64,000 nucleotides of DNA from Pseudomonas phage PhiPA3: the sequence record HQ630627.1, one strand, 5' to 3'. Under the pieces are notes generated by a model. That model was given only the letters and a program-made list of their open reading frames with translations. It made no database searches and was not told the DNA's origin. Every line of letters starts with the position of its first letter. Positions within the stretch are counted from its first letter, which is position 1. The position numbers were made by a program, and so were the translations under genes. Shown piece after piece: positions 48,069-57,219 of the stretch.

Positions 48069-50561
48069 ATGCGCATTGTTTATTTTCGGTTGAGCAAATA
48101 TACTCGACTGATGGCGACTAACATTCAATCTTTTGAGTGGACGCCAACCAAGAATCTGATGATCATGATTGGATCTAATGGATCAGGTAAGTCCTCGATT
48201 ATGGATGAACTGTCCCCGTTACCCGCAAAAAAGGATGAATTCGAAAAAGGCGGTGAGAAAGAGGTCCATTGCTATCATCGCGATCACTTTTATGTGGTTC
48301 ACTCAGTTTATGGACATGGTACTGGACGACATTCATTTAAGCGTGATTCAGTTGAATTGAACCCTGGGGGTACATTCAAAGTTCAAGAAGAACTCTGTAT
48401 GCAGGAATTTGGTCTGAACGTCGAACGGCATCGTATCATGACTGGTCGTATTAAGTTCACCAACCTGCCAGTGTCTAAGCGTCGTGAATACCTAACCGAG
48501 ATGTCGGTAGTTAACCTCGACTTCGCCTTTGATACATTTAAGATGGTGTCTACTGAACAGCGTAACCAGAAAGGGGTTATTGACACTATCACCAGGCGCT
48601 TGGTGGCTGAGAACCACGACATTCCATCTGATACGGAAATGTCGCTGATGCGTGATAATGTTGCCGCCATGACTAAACGATTGAATCGATTGTTCCAAGA
48701 GAAGCAATCGAATGCACCGAAGGCGCAGTTCTTCTCCACGGATGCTATCGAACAGGAACGTGAGGCTATTATTACTAAGGCCAAGCAACTGCTTAGGTCA
48801 TACATGTACATTCCATCTAGCGTCAAGTGTCATGGTAGAGATGGTGCGATTGCTCAGCTCAATAGTGTCAAACAGGAACATTCAGCCATCACCGCTGTGA
48901 TCAATCGATTGGCAGAAGAACTTGAGAAGCTTCGTACATCTACTCCACAGTCGATGGAAGTCTCGCCTGATGAGATCAGATCTTTGCGGGAACAATACGA
49001 CACCTTGTTGGACATTTATGTCCGTAAGTCTAATCAAGTCGGTCAATACAATGCCTCGTTCCCGTTGGTGCAATTTGATCTAGCTGGAGATCCTCATCAA
49101 AAACTAGATACTCTGTTTGAACGGTGGTTTGCATCGATCAATGCCTTTCCTGACAATGCTGACGCACGGATGTCACGTGAAGAAGCGGTTACTCGTCAGG
49201 CGCGTCTGAAAGAACTCAAAGGCGTTCGTCGTCAAATCGATGACAAACACCAATCGGTTTGCCAGCGCATTGCACGGATGAAAGGTTGTGAGCATGTTAA
49301 GTGCCCGAACTGTAATCATGACTTCCAACCAGGGGTTGCTGAAACCGAAGCAGTTGAGCTAGAGGCTTCTAAACTTAAATTAGAAGAAGCCATGGATCGT
49401 CTGGATATCGAAGTAAAAGAACATGAAGAGTATTTGGAACAGTTCCAAGATTACTCCGGTCATGTTTACAACTTCGTGCAGATTAACAAAGACTATCCCG
49501 AATTCCATGAACTGTGGAGTTATTGTGCTAGTAAGTTGATCATGTTCCGTACCCCAGCTCAACATAAGACTGACGCCATCATGTGGCATACAACGATGCG
49601 GACTTGGGTGGATGCTCAGCAAGCACTAGCTCGTGCTCAGGTTATCGAACAACGTCTGAAAATCATCGATGAGATCGATCAAGATGCGATCGGTTTCATG
49701 AAGCGCCGGACAGCTGATCTAGAAACCGAGATCAACGAGATGTATACGCGCGCTGATGTCTTTCGTCATGGTGTTCTGGAAATCGAAGAAGCGATTGATG
49801 AAGTTGATAACTACGTTGCTGCTGCTCAAGCAGTCTTTGATGAATATGAGATTTGGCAAACCAAAGTTCGTAATCATTGTGAGCATCTTCTGGACCGGGC
49901 ATATACCGAAGAAATCAGCGCTATTCAACTGGAACTGGCTGAACATAATCGACAATTGAATATCCTGCAACAAAGGGAAACTACAATCCGCACATTGGAG
50001 AACGAAGTAGCCTTATCCACGGAAGCTTATGACGAACTCTCATTGATCATCAAAGCGTTGTCTCCGAAAGGAGGGTTGATTGGTAGATATCTACTAGGGT
50101 TCCTACAGGGGGTGGTGTCTGTAGTGAACGCACACATCGACGAAGTCTGGTCATATCCGATGGAAGTTCTGCCATCACGGGTAGATCGCGATGAACTCGA
50201 TTACCGTTTCCCGCTTAAGGTGGGTGGTGGTAAAGTGATCACTTCAGATATCGAAGATGGTTCGAGCTCTCAGCTAGAAATGGTGAACTACGGTTTCCGT
50301 ATGGCTCAACTGAAGTTCTTAGGTCTGGAAGACTATCCGTTGTTCCTGGATGAATTCGGTCGTACCTTTGATGAACAACATCGGGCTAACCTGATTCCAT
50401 ATCTCAGTCGTTTGGTTGAGAACGGTCTAGTGGAACAGATATTCTATATCAGCCATTTCCAATCAACTCATGGCGCTTTCAATCAGGCCGAGTTCATGGT
50501 CTTGGATCCAACCAACGTGACCGTTCCAGAAGTTTACAACAAGAACGTTGTAATCAAATAG
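48069..50561 (+). CDS. Rad50/SbcC (T4 gp46)-like ATPase with coiled coil and CxxC hook
   Basis: Walker A GSNGSGKSS; central CPNC within a predicted coiled coil; C-terminal signature-like GSSSQ, Walker B LFLDEF, H-loop ISHF. Confidence 0.65.
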   Translation: MRIVYFRLSKYTRLMATNIQSFEWTPTKNLMIMIGSNGSGKSSIMDELSPLPAKKDEFEKGGEKEVHCYHRDHFYVVHSVYGHGTGRHSFKRDSVELNPGGTFKVQEELCMQEFGLNVERHRIMTGRIKFTNLPVSKRREYLTEMSVVNLDFAFDTFKMVSTEQRNQKGVIDTITRRLVAENHDIPSDTEMSLMRDNVAAMTKRLNRLFQEKQSNAPKAQFFSTDAIEQEREAIITKAKQLLRSYMYIPSSVKCHGRDGAIAQLNSVKQEHSAITAVINRLAEELEKLRTSTPQSMEVSPDEIRSLREQYDTLLDIYVRKSNQVGQYNASFPLVQFDLAGDPHQKLDTLFERWFASINAFPDNADARMSREEAVTRQARLKELKGVRRQIDDKHQSVCQRIARMKGCEHVKCPNCNHDFQPGVAETEAVELEASKLKLEEAMDRLDIEVKEHEEYLEQFQDYSGHVYNFVQINKDYPEFHELWSYCASKLIMFRTPAQHKTDAIMWHTTMRTWVDAQQALARAQVIEQRLKIIDEIDQDAIGFMKRRTADLETEINEMYTRADVFRHGVLEIEEAIDEVDNYVAAAQAVFDEYEIWQTKVRNHCEHLLDRAYTEEISAIQLELAEHNRQLNILQQRETTIRTLENEVALSTEAYDELSLIIKALSPKGGLIGRYLLGFLQGVVSVVNAHIDEVWSYPMEVLPSRVDRDELDYRFPLKVGGGKVITSDIEDGSSSQLEMVNYGFRMAQLKFLGLEDYPLFLDEFGRTFDEQHRANLIPYLSRLVENGLVEQIFYISHFQSTHGAFNQAEFMVLDPTNVTVPEVYNKNVVIK

Positions 50562-50581
50562 ATTTAAACCCGTTACACGCC

Positions 50582-50589
50582 TATATTAC
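50582..50589 (+). promoter_or_regulatory. TATATTAC motif (phiKZ-type early promoter consensus as I recall it) 24 nt upstream of the 50614 start
   Basis: exact 8-mer; recurs at 52305. Confidence 0.3.
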
Positions 50590-50613
50590 AAACGTGATTA
50601 ACAAGGAGCTACT

Positions 50614-50826
50614 ATGGACGCTTCACTGATGAAATTAGTGTTGTTTATGGTTTTGTTGATTACGTTTGTATTGGCTGTAGTATTCTGGGTCTACTGGAAG
50701 ATGGTAGCTTTCGAGAAACTCGAAGAACAGAAGAAAATCATTGCGTGTAAACGCTGGAGAGCTGTATCAAGTTCTGGTGTAACCACCGCAGGTATCTTTT
50801 GTTATTGTGGGCATTGCGATGGATAA
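50614..50826 (+). CDS. small membrane protein (70 aa, N-terminal TM)
   Basis: AAGGAG RBS; hydrophobic LVLFMVLLITFVLAVVFWVY. Confidence 0.45.
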   Translation: MDASLMKLVLFMVLLITFVLAVVFWVYWKMVAFEKLEEQKKIIACKRWRAVSSSGVTTAGIFCYCGHCDG

Positions 50827-51112
50827 ATTCGATAGTCTCGCAGGTTTGGTATGTTTCCTCGTATTGCTTTTCTTCGTAGGGAAGATTATCTTGTCGGATA
50901 TTTTCTCAACTCTAGAGAAGCAACAACATGATGAACTGCATAAACAACATGCGGAGCAGTTACGTCTTGATGCCGAACGCTATCAAGAACGATTAAACGA
51001 AATTGGTCGGGGTCGAATAGACATTGGGTATGTTTTCGATTACGAAGATTGGTTACTAGATAAACAAGACCATCAGCGTAATGGAACCCATTATGAAGTC
51101 ATCAACATTTAG
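50819..51112 (+). CDS. small membrane protein (about 97 aa, N-terminal TM; start 50807 or 50819)
   Basis: hydrophobic LAGLVCFLVLLFFVGKIIL; overlaps the upstream gene end. Confidence 0.4.
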   Translation: MDKFDSLAGLVCFLVLLFFVGKIILSDIFSTLEKQQHDELHKQHAEQLRLDAERYQERLNEIGRGRIDIGYVFDYEDWLLDKQDHQRNGTHYEVINI

Positions 51113-51140
51113 CCTCCTTCGGGAGGCTCTATGTCGTAAA
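51104..51140 (+). terminator. hairpin agcctcc-ttcg-ggaggct plus CTATGTCGT
   Basis: UUCG stem-loop plus TATG. Confidence 0.5.
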
Positions 51141-51157
51141 ACCTAAAAGGTGTTATC

Positions 51158-51532
51158 ATGAGCATCGCCGCGATGATGAATCGTATCGCGAAACGTATCC
51201 GTTTGATCCAGGTATGTCCAATGAGGGTCTACGTGACCCTTAGAGCGGCCACAGGCGCGTATTTCGACGTAGACATAGACAACGGTAGCTTTTGCTTTAC
51301 TGTGCGTTCTAGCGCGTCTGAAGGGCGCCGCGTGATGGGTACATTTCAGATCGATTCAGAAACCGGTTGGGTGATGCTGACTAGTTTCTATAACGAGATG
51401 TATAGTACCGAGTTCGGTGACCTATTACATTCAATTGACAGGACTCTGGAACTGCACAAAGATTGCTATGGGTTAGTCATCAACAATCTCCAGTTAATGG
51501 AGGAAGACGCTCGCGTCCGTTGGTTTCACTAA
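51158..51532 (+). CDS. hypothetical protein (124 aa)
   Basis: AAAAGGTG RBS. Confidence 0.5.
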   Translation: MSIAAMMNRIAKRIRLIQVCPMRVYVTLRAATGAYFDVDIDNGSFCFTVRSSASEGRRVMGTFQIDSETGWVMLTSFYNEMYSTEFGDLLHSIDRTLELHKDCYGLVINNLQLMEEDARVRWFH

Positions 51533-51546
51533 AAGGAAGAAAGAAT

Positions 51547-51801
51547 ATGCATGGCAAAAGTAATGATCTGTTCAGTGGTATCTTCGCTAACTTCTTCAAT
51601 ATCGATAAACCCAAGGTAGATACCTGGGTGATTGAGGTTGCTGGGCAACGCTCCACCATTCTCCCAGGTGAGTATCACTCTGAACGAAATGCACGTTTGG
51701 CGTGTGAAATCATCAACATGACCCCAACAACCGAACTGGTGGAAATCTTTGGTCATGGTTCGTGCCGACTGAACCCAGTCAAAACCCAAACCAAAGCTTA
51801 A
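51547..51801 (+). CDS. hypothetical protein (84 aa; ATG at 51547 with AAGGAAG RBS inside ORF 51463..51801)
   Basis: RBS-supported internal start. Confidence 0.45.
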   Translation: MHGKSNDLFSGIFANFFNIDKPKVDTWVIEVAGQRSTILPGEYHSERNARLACEIINMTPTTELVEIFGHGSCRLNPVKTQTKA

Positions 51802-51838
51802 TCACCAAACTAATTCAATTTAGAAAAAGGAAATTATC

Positions 51839-52234
51839 ATGTCTCAAGTAGCTCGTATGGCCACCGCTCTGCATCAACTCAACATCGCCATGTCTCAGGT
51901 TCAGGAGGCTGCCAAGCAACTGATGAAGGAAGGTGATCCGCGCACCGTGGAAAAGTTCGCGGATGAATACAGCGGCCTGACCTTCCGTGAAGCCCACATC
52001 TACCTCTTGGACTCCGGCACCAAAGTGGCCTACACCATCGAACAACTGAAAGAAGTGCTGTACCTGCAAGACCTGGAATCCATCCACCCGGATCGTAAGG
52101 GGTGGCGGGAAGCCGCCAAGGCTGCATCGCACACCATCCTCGCCATCAAGGAGCTGCGCACTCAGTTCCCTGAGCTAGATGTCCGTTCGGCGAAGCTGAT
52201 CGTCGAAGCCTATCGTGAGGGTCTGTTTGAATAA
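51839..52234 (+). CDS. hypothetical protein (131 aa)
   Basis: AAAAGGAAA RBS. Confidence 0.5.
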   Translation: MSQVARMATALHQLNIAMSQVQEAAKQLMKEGDPRTVEKFADEYSGLTFREAHIYLLDSGTKVAYTIEQLKEVLYLQDLESIHPDRKGWREAAKAASHTILAIKELRTQFPELDVRSAKLIVEAYREGLFE

Positions 52235-52244
52235 CAGCACCAAC

Positions 52245-52287
52245 TGACGGCATAACGCCCCTCCTTCGGGAGGGGCTTATGTCTACT
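52245..52287. terminator. extended palindromic element (GACGGCATAAC-gcccctcc-ttcg-ggaggggc-TTATGTCTAC) plus T8
   Basis: the left arm is the exact reverse complement of the TTATGCCGTC consensus. Confidence 0.65.
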
Positions 52288-52304
52288 AAATTTTTTTTCA
52301 CATC

Positions 52305-52312
52305 TATATTAC
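52305..52312 (+). promoter_or_regulatory. TATATTAC motif 45 nt upstream of a small unannotated ORF
   Basis: exact 8-mer in an AT-rich intergenic region. Confidence 0.3.
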
Positions 52313-52357
52313 CTATCTGAGCAATATCCCGCTGGCTCAAGCATGAGGTAAATAAAA

Positions 52358-52499
52358 ATGGGTTGGAAAAGTTATGTTGCCCTGTCATTGGGCGTGGTAC
52401 TGGGCGCCGTGATCTTCGTTGCAATCAGTGAAGATGGTTTACCCGAGCGAATCGAAAACATCGAAGAGGCTGATGCCAGTCCGATCAATATTGAGTGAT
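52358..52499 (+). CDS. small TM protein (46 aa; MGWKSYVALSLGVVLGAVIFVAIS...) not in the supplied ORF track
   Basis: ATG with GAGGTAAATAAAA upstream; single hydrophobic helix; below the 60-aa cut-off. Confidence 0.35.
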
Positions 52500-52504
52500 C
52501 GGTT

Positions 52505-52933
52505 ATGTACAAGAAACTCACCGCACTTAAACGACACTACAGACGAGAGCGTATTCTCGACCTGTTCCTAGATCCGGAAATTAAGGAGAAGCTCGCACAC
52601 ACTCCAATGTTCTGGAGAGGCGAAGAGATCACGTTCTATTGGAACGGATCTGAGCTGCGGTATTATCATCTCGATCGAAATGGGGATTGGCGAGTCCTCA
52701 TTGCAGATGAAGGCTTTCTACACAGCATCAAGATACTTCAGTATGATTTTTGTAAGATCACAGGAATCCCCTATAAGGGACCTGAGATCGATAAGAGCGT
52801 ATCAGTTGATGTAATGCCAGTAAGGACAAGGAATCAATGTAAGGAGGAAGCTGAAGCTCTATTTGGAATGTTTGGTGTTGGTTCACTGTTAGCTCTAACG
52901 AGTTTATATATCTACAAAGCTTGGAAGAGATAA
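52505..52933 (+). CDS. hypothetical protein with C-terminal TM anchor; atypical codon usage (AGA/AGG/ATA/CTA)
   Basis: the codon bias differs from the rest of the window; C-terminal FGVGSLLALTSLYIYKAW segment. Confidence 0.45.
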   Translation: MYKKLTALKRHYRRERILDLFLDPEIKEKLAHTPMFWRGEEITFYWNGSELRYYHLDRNGDWRVLIADEGFLHSIKILQYDFCKITGIPYKGPEIDKSVSVDVMPVRTRNQCKEEAEALFGMFGVGSLLALTSLYIYKAWKR

Positions 52934-53039
52934 TGTACTCGGGTGTTTATGATTTGTAGCTAGGACTAAAGAATTCGGAGGGAGGCTTTTTATATTCTTT
53001 TATCCTACAGTTCTTTTCTATAAACACCAAGGTATAAAC

Positions 53040-53498
53040 ATGAGCAGCATCATTCGATACAACATCAAGACTGCGAATAAACCGATTCTTGATGTTCTAC
53101 ATCTGTATCTGGGTATTCGTGAAAGAGTCGATGAAGTCAACAAGACTGTAATCGACGGAACTACTGTAGAACTGAACCTAGTCCTGGTAGTAAACCATCG
53201 CTATATCCGAGACTATGATGAGATTGCCGATACATTGGCAAATCTATCAAAAGGAACTCCGTATGAACTCTACATACTGAGTAATCGATTCCTGTTCAGT
53301 TGGATGACTGATAACTTCAATGACCTGGGTGGTTTACAAGAACGTTATCAGACTGTTTTGGAAAGTGATGTCTATGGTACCGTATACGACACCACCAGAG
53401 CACGATACACGAAAACACCGGAATGGCGATCCCCACATTTAGGATGGGCTGAGACCTTTAATCGGGGTTTCAATAGTTTGGTGAGTGTATTTGGATAA
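53040..53498 (+). CDS. hypothetical protein (152 aa) in an AT-rich, atypical-codon segment
   Basis: ORF with AAGG RBS. Confidence 0.45.
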   Translation: MSSIIRYNIKTANKPILDVLHLYLGIRERVDEVNKTVIDGTTVELNLVLVVNHRYIRDYDEIADTLANLSKGTPYELYILSNRFLFSWMTDNFNDLGGLQERYQTVLESDVYGTVYDTTRARYTKTPEWRSPHLGWAETFNRGFNSLVSVFG

Positions 53499-53542
53499 GT
53501 CGGCATAAGCCCCACCCGAAAAGGTGGGGCAATATGTCGTTA
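53499..53542. terminator. bidirectional extended palindromic element (GTCGGCATAA-gccccacc-cgaaaa-ggtggggc-AATATGTCGTT)
   Basis: convergent gene ends. Confidence 0.65.
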
Positions 53543-54058
53543 GAAACCAAGAAGTGCTTCTTCTTCTTTGCGTGCCTTTTCACGAATAGCTTCCATGCGT
53601 TCAGTGAATTCTTCCGAAGTCTCAGCGATCACACCGATTTCGTCTTCACCTTCAGCATGGGTAAATTCGCCCAGATCTTCTTGATCGATTTGTGGTTCCA
53701 TACCACGACCATCACCTTCAGTGGCGACGAATGGGTTCTTGTTCTTTGCATTTTGAATAAATGCAGCCATACCAGCCAATAGGTCTGCCGAAGTACGGTT
53801 GGCTTCCTGATCGACACTGATACGCTTGTTAGCGATCGCTGTACGATCCATGGAGTCCATGACCTTAAGCATGGTATCAACAGATTCTTTATCTGTAGGG
53901 ATGGTTCCTACTGGATTGGAGAACGCCAGCTGATGCAGAATGCGTTGTTTGGTATTCTGAGTATACTGGATCTGTTCTTCATAGGTCATGTCCGAGTATT
54001 GCCGTTCAGGCTCTACTGGTACAAATACGTGGGGCTTCTCAGCGGGATACTGTTCCAT
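53540..54058 (-). CDS. hypothetical acidic protein (ATG at 54058 with GAGGTG RBS; ORF track starts at 54133)
   Basis: RBS-supported start. Confidence 0.45.
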   Translation of the reverse strand: MEQYPAEKPHVFVPVEPERQYSDMTYEEQIQYTQNTKQRILHQLAFSNPVGTIPTDKESVDTMLKVMDSMDRTAIANKRISVDQEANRTSADLLAGMAAFIQNAKNKNPFVATEGDGRGMEPQIDQEDLGEFTHAEGEDEIGVIAETSEEFTERMEAIREKARKEEEALLGF

Positions 54059-54132
54059 GGGACACCTCTCGTTGGTAAAAATACCCAACGGAATAACTAT
54101 ATGCCATAAAATGCGGATTGGAGTTCTATACA

Positions 54133-54675
54133 ATGATTACAAGGCTACGCCAATGGTGGCGCGGACTATCGGCAACACCCAAACAAAAGTATACCCGCTG
54201 GCTGGAAGAGATCAATGAAATCCCTACGTTATCAGAGGAACTCCCCGACGCATTAGTTGAGCTCTGGCGGCGAATCGACGTTGATGCAATCAGTCGTCAA
54301 AACCCCCGAGTGATGATGTCAGCCTTCTTCGAGCTGCGTCATGCCAATATCCAGGAATTGATCCAAACCCTACATCAGGTCAATGACCACGTTGCATCGG
54401 GATCAGCTTCTAAGATTGAATACCTATCGAAGAACGATTTCATTAAGCATCGCGAAATGTCCTTGGATAATTATTTCGTGGATGCTGAAAATTACGCTGT
54501 CGATATTAAAGAACATCTATCCCAACTTAAAGACTTGCTGATTACCCATGGTCAGATTCTGGAAATTAAGGAGGAGAGTTTTTATCGTCGCATGTTAGGT
54601 CGCTTATACTTCGATGTACTAGCACTGACAGAAACACTCGTTAAACATATGCAAGAGGGCACCGATATGAAGTAA
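54133..54675 (+). CDS. hypothetical protein (180 aa; ATG at 54133 with GGAG RBS)
   Basis: ORF. Confidence 0.45.
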   Translation: MITRLRQWWRGLSATPKQKYTRWLEEINEIPTLSEELPDALVELWRRIDVDAISRQNPRVMMSAFFELRHANIQELIQTLHQVNDHVASGSASKIEYLSKNDFIKHREMSLDNYFVDAENYAVDIKEHLSQLKDLLITHGQILEIKEESFYRRMLGRLYFDVLALTETLVKHMQEGTDMK

Positions 54676-54727
54676 CTGGGAATACGATCACGAAACCTTT
54701 AGTTCAATTCACCGTAGGTGTAAAGCA

Positions 54728-55483
54728 ATGGATTCTATCAAGGACCTTTTGGCTGATCCTCTTAAGGGTACCAAACAGGCTCAGGGCGTTCTGTGTTATT
54801 TGTTTCGTGAAGTGTTGTTATGGCGTAAGATTAATTGGTTTACCTGGAATCGTCGTCAGAAAGCATACTTCGAGAAACCTCACAACGCAGTCAATCCCGA
54901 TAAAGGGAATCTGAATAAAGCGTTGAAGGCTGATGACATGAACTGGCCAGGCTTCAAGAAAGGGATCGACTTCCTTAACCCGGAATCCGCTACCCTGGAA
55001 GTGAAGCTGAACTGGACCCATAAGGAAAGTACGAGCTATGTGATTGTCATCGACCCCACGGAAGATGAGAAAAATCCCACAGTCAATAATTTCCCATGGC
55101 AGGACTGCCCGATCTTCAAAAGTGCTAAACCCGCTGAAACATTGATGTCTCATCTTTTTCGTCACATTGTGGCGGAGGAAGGGAAAGGTGAACCCGACAT
55201 CATGGTCTGGTGGGAGAAGAAGTTCGATGACTACATTAAGAACCCAGTTAATGTAGTTGGCCTGAACCAAAAGGAAATCAACCAAAACATCGCAGCATTG
55301 CGACGTTCGTTGATGGAAGCTCGCATGTCATGGAACGTGTTCCGCCGTGGATTGCATTTGTTGCGGCCTCGCTCGGAGGAATACATTCTGACGCTCCACT
55401 GGACGACAGACCCGGAAATGAAGAAAACATTACCGGACTCGATTCACCCAATCAAGATCGCCGACCCGTACTTTGTGGAATAA
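54728..55483 (+). CDS. hypothetical protein (251 aa)
   Basis: ORF. Confidence 0.5.
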   Translation: MDSIKDLLADPLKGTKQAQGVLCYLFREVLLWRKINWFTWNRRQKAYFEKPHNAVNPDKGNLNKALKADDMNWPGFKKGIDFLNPESATLEVKLNWTHKESTSYVIVIDPTEDEKNPTVNNFPWQDCPIFKSAKPAETLMSHLFRHIVAEEGKGEPDIMVWWEKKFDDYIKNPVNVVGLNQKEINQNIAALRRSLMEARMSWNVFRRGLHLLRPRSEEYILTLHWTTDPEMKKTLPDSIHPIKIADPYFVE

Positions 55484-55486
55484 CTC

Positions 55487-55865
55487 GATGGATAACACAA
55501 TCGACCTCAGCTCCCCTCAATGCCCAGAAGTATTGCAGTTTCATGGAAGCCACCTGAAATGGACTGCGACAGGTAAGGCATTTTACAGCTGGAATGGATT
55601 GCGACTTTACCTGATCACCGGTAAACAACATCCTAAATACCTCGATGGTATCGGACTGGAAGAAGCTGGTGTTGAGAATAAATACGAGTTTGTCGAATCG
55701 CTGTACCAACAGCTGGAAGATGCACTACGTATTAACATCGCGAAGTTTCCTCTGCTGCGCTTGAAGTTGAACAAGCGTACGCGAATCATCTGGACGGCTT
55801 ACGGTATTACTCCGGCTGAAGAGGAATGGGTGAAAATTGTTCAACGCGTAGTGGCGAGCATGTAG
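55487..55865 (+). CDS. hypothetical protein (125 aa; start uncertain between 55473 and 55487)
   Basis: ORF. Confidence 0.4.
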
Positions 55866-55871
55866 TTGAAG

Positions 55872-55910
55872 GACATGGGGCGTCTCCGAAAGGGGACGCC
55901 TTATGCCTCC
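55872..55910 (+). terminator. hairpin ggcgtctcc-gaaa-ggggacgcc (GNRA loop) plus TTATGCCTCC
   Basis: seen directly. Confidence 0.55.
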
Positions 55911-55952
55911 AATTGTATGACCTATTATTTTTTTGTCTGAACAGGTGTAACC

Positions 55953-57125
55953 ATGCCTACTCTCGCATCAGCTTCCTTTACAGGTATACCAACAGATCCC
56001 GTCAAAACGGTGGATGCCTATAAAGACGTAGTGGACACAACCCTACAGAACACGCTTCAACCTAAAATCTCTGCCTTTGAAATTGGCATGGATGACCTGC
56101 TCGCCAAAACTACCAAAGTTGTAAAAGGTATTGGTAGTAGTTTGTTGGGTAGTGGAGGTATTGACCTCAACCAAGCTAAAGATCGAATCGTTGATGCCTT
56201 AAAAGGCTCCCGTTCGAGCATTGTGTATTTGGGAGAAGCCCTAGAACGTTCGATTAACGAAGAACTCACTGGAACCGATACAGGTACAGGTTACGTCCGC
56301 AAGGCTACGGATATGCTCGATGGCGTAAAAGCCATCATGCAGAACAAAGAGTACTACTTCGAAAATGGAAACTTCCAAGGTGTCAACGGCATCATGGGAT
56401 TCTTGGGAGATCTGACCAATAACTCCATTCTTCGTGCAGTTGACTTGGGTGCCAATGCTGCCATTCTGAAAGGAGTGTTATCCCAGGTATCAGCCTGGGG
56501 GATTCCTGATCTGGTTGATACCACATTCGGGGCATCGTGGAATGACCAGTACAAGCGCTATGATTACCAGTATGACGATAATTTCCGATTCACTGTAGCC
56601 AAGCGTACATCTAAAGATCTCTCGCCGGGCACTGATCTGCTCACCATTGATCGCATCATGGTACATGGTGGAGATATGGCCCTGGTTGCTGAGAACCCAG
56701 ACTTCCCTATCCAACTGCTGAGTTCATACGTGTTCCCAGCTGGTACTGTACCCGGTGGTCCATTCCCAGTAATGATCCCAGATCCAGCTAATCCAAGCGG
56801 CCCTATGATCCCTGACCCGGAAGGTACACAGACCGTACCCAATTACGCGAATGAACTCGCATTGTTGTTGGAGATCATGGATCGCTTGAAACCAGACTGG
56901 TTCTATTACTTGCGTCGAGTATTTATTGATCGGAATGGCGATGGCGATTATTACCGTGATGATAAGGTTTGGAATCTTCGGGTTATTGCTCAAGCTTCTC
57001 AAGATGCAACAACATTACTGTTAACCAGTGATGAGCACCGTGATGCTGTTCTGACTGCTCCGTTTTATAAGGTGGAGAGTGCCACAGCTGAACTCAAAGC
57101 GATGTATCCCTACTTTGCTGAATGA
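55953..57125 (+). CDS. hypothetical protein (390 aa)
   Basis: ORF. Confidence 0.5.
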   Translation: MPTLASASFTGIPTDPVKTVDAYKDVVDTTLQNTLQPKISAFEIGMDDLLAKTTKVVKGIGSSLLGSGGIDLNQAKDRIVDALKGSRSSIVYLGEALERSINEELTGTDTGTGYVRKATDMLDGVKAIMQNKEYYFENGNFQGVNGIMGFLGDLTNNSILRAVDLGANAAILKGVLSQVSAWGIPDLVDTTFGASWNDQYKRYDYQYDDNFRFTVAKRTSKDLSPGTDLLTIDRIMVHGGDMALVAENPDFPIQLLSSYVFPAGTVPGGPFPVMIPDPANPSGPMIPDPEGTQTVPNYANELALLLEIMDRLKPDWFYYLRRVFIDRNGDGDYYRDDKVWNLRVIAQASQDATTLLLTSDEHRDAVLTAPFYKVESATAELKAMYPYFAE

Positions 57126-57162
57126 CAACATAAACGCCTCCCTTCGGGGAGGCTTTATATTT
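57123..57162 (+). terminator. hairpin (GACAACATAAA-cgcctccc-ttcg-ggggaggc-TTTATATTT)
   Basis: seen directly. Confidence 0.55.
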
Positions 57163-57219
57163 GAATGCATCTAAACCCTATATCACTAACATGAATCCAA
57201 TAACCAAGAGGAAAATACA

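Noticed and set aside
48383-48826. 147-aa and 98-aa minus-strand ORFs inside the Rad50-like gene
   Set aside because: They are antisense to a gene with clear ATPase motifs.
53534-53782. 82-aa plus-strand ORF starting at the TATG of the 53499-53542 palindromic element
   Set aside because: Its ATG is part of the terminator motif, and the ORF runs antisense through the 53540..54058 gene. It is hydrophobic nonsense.
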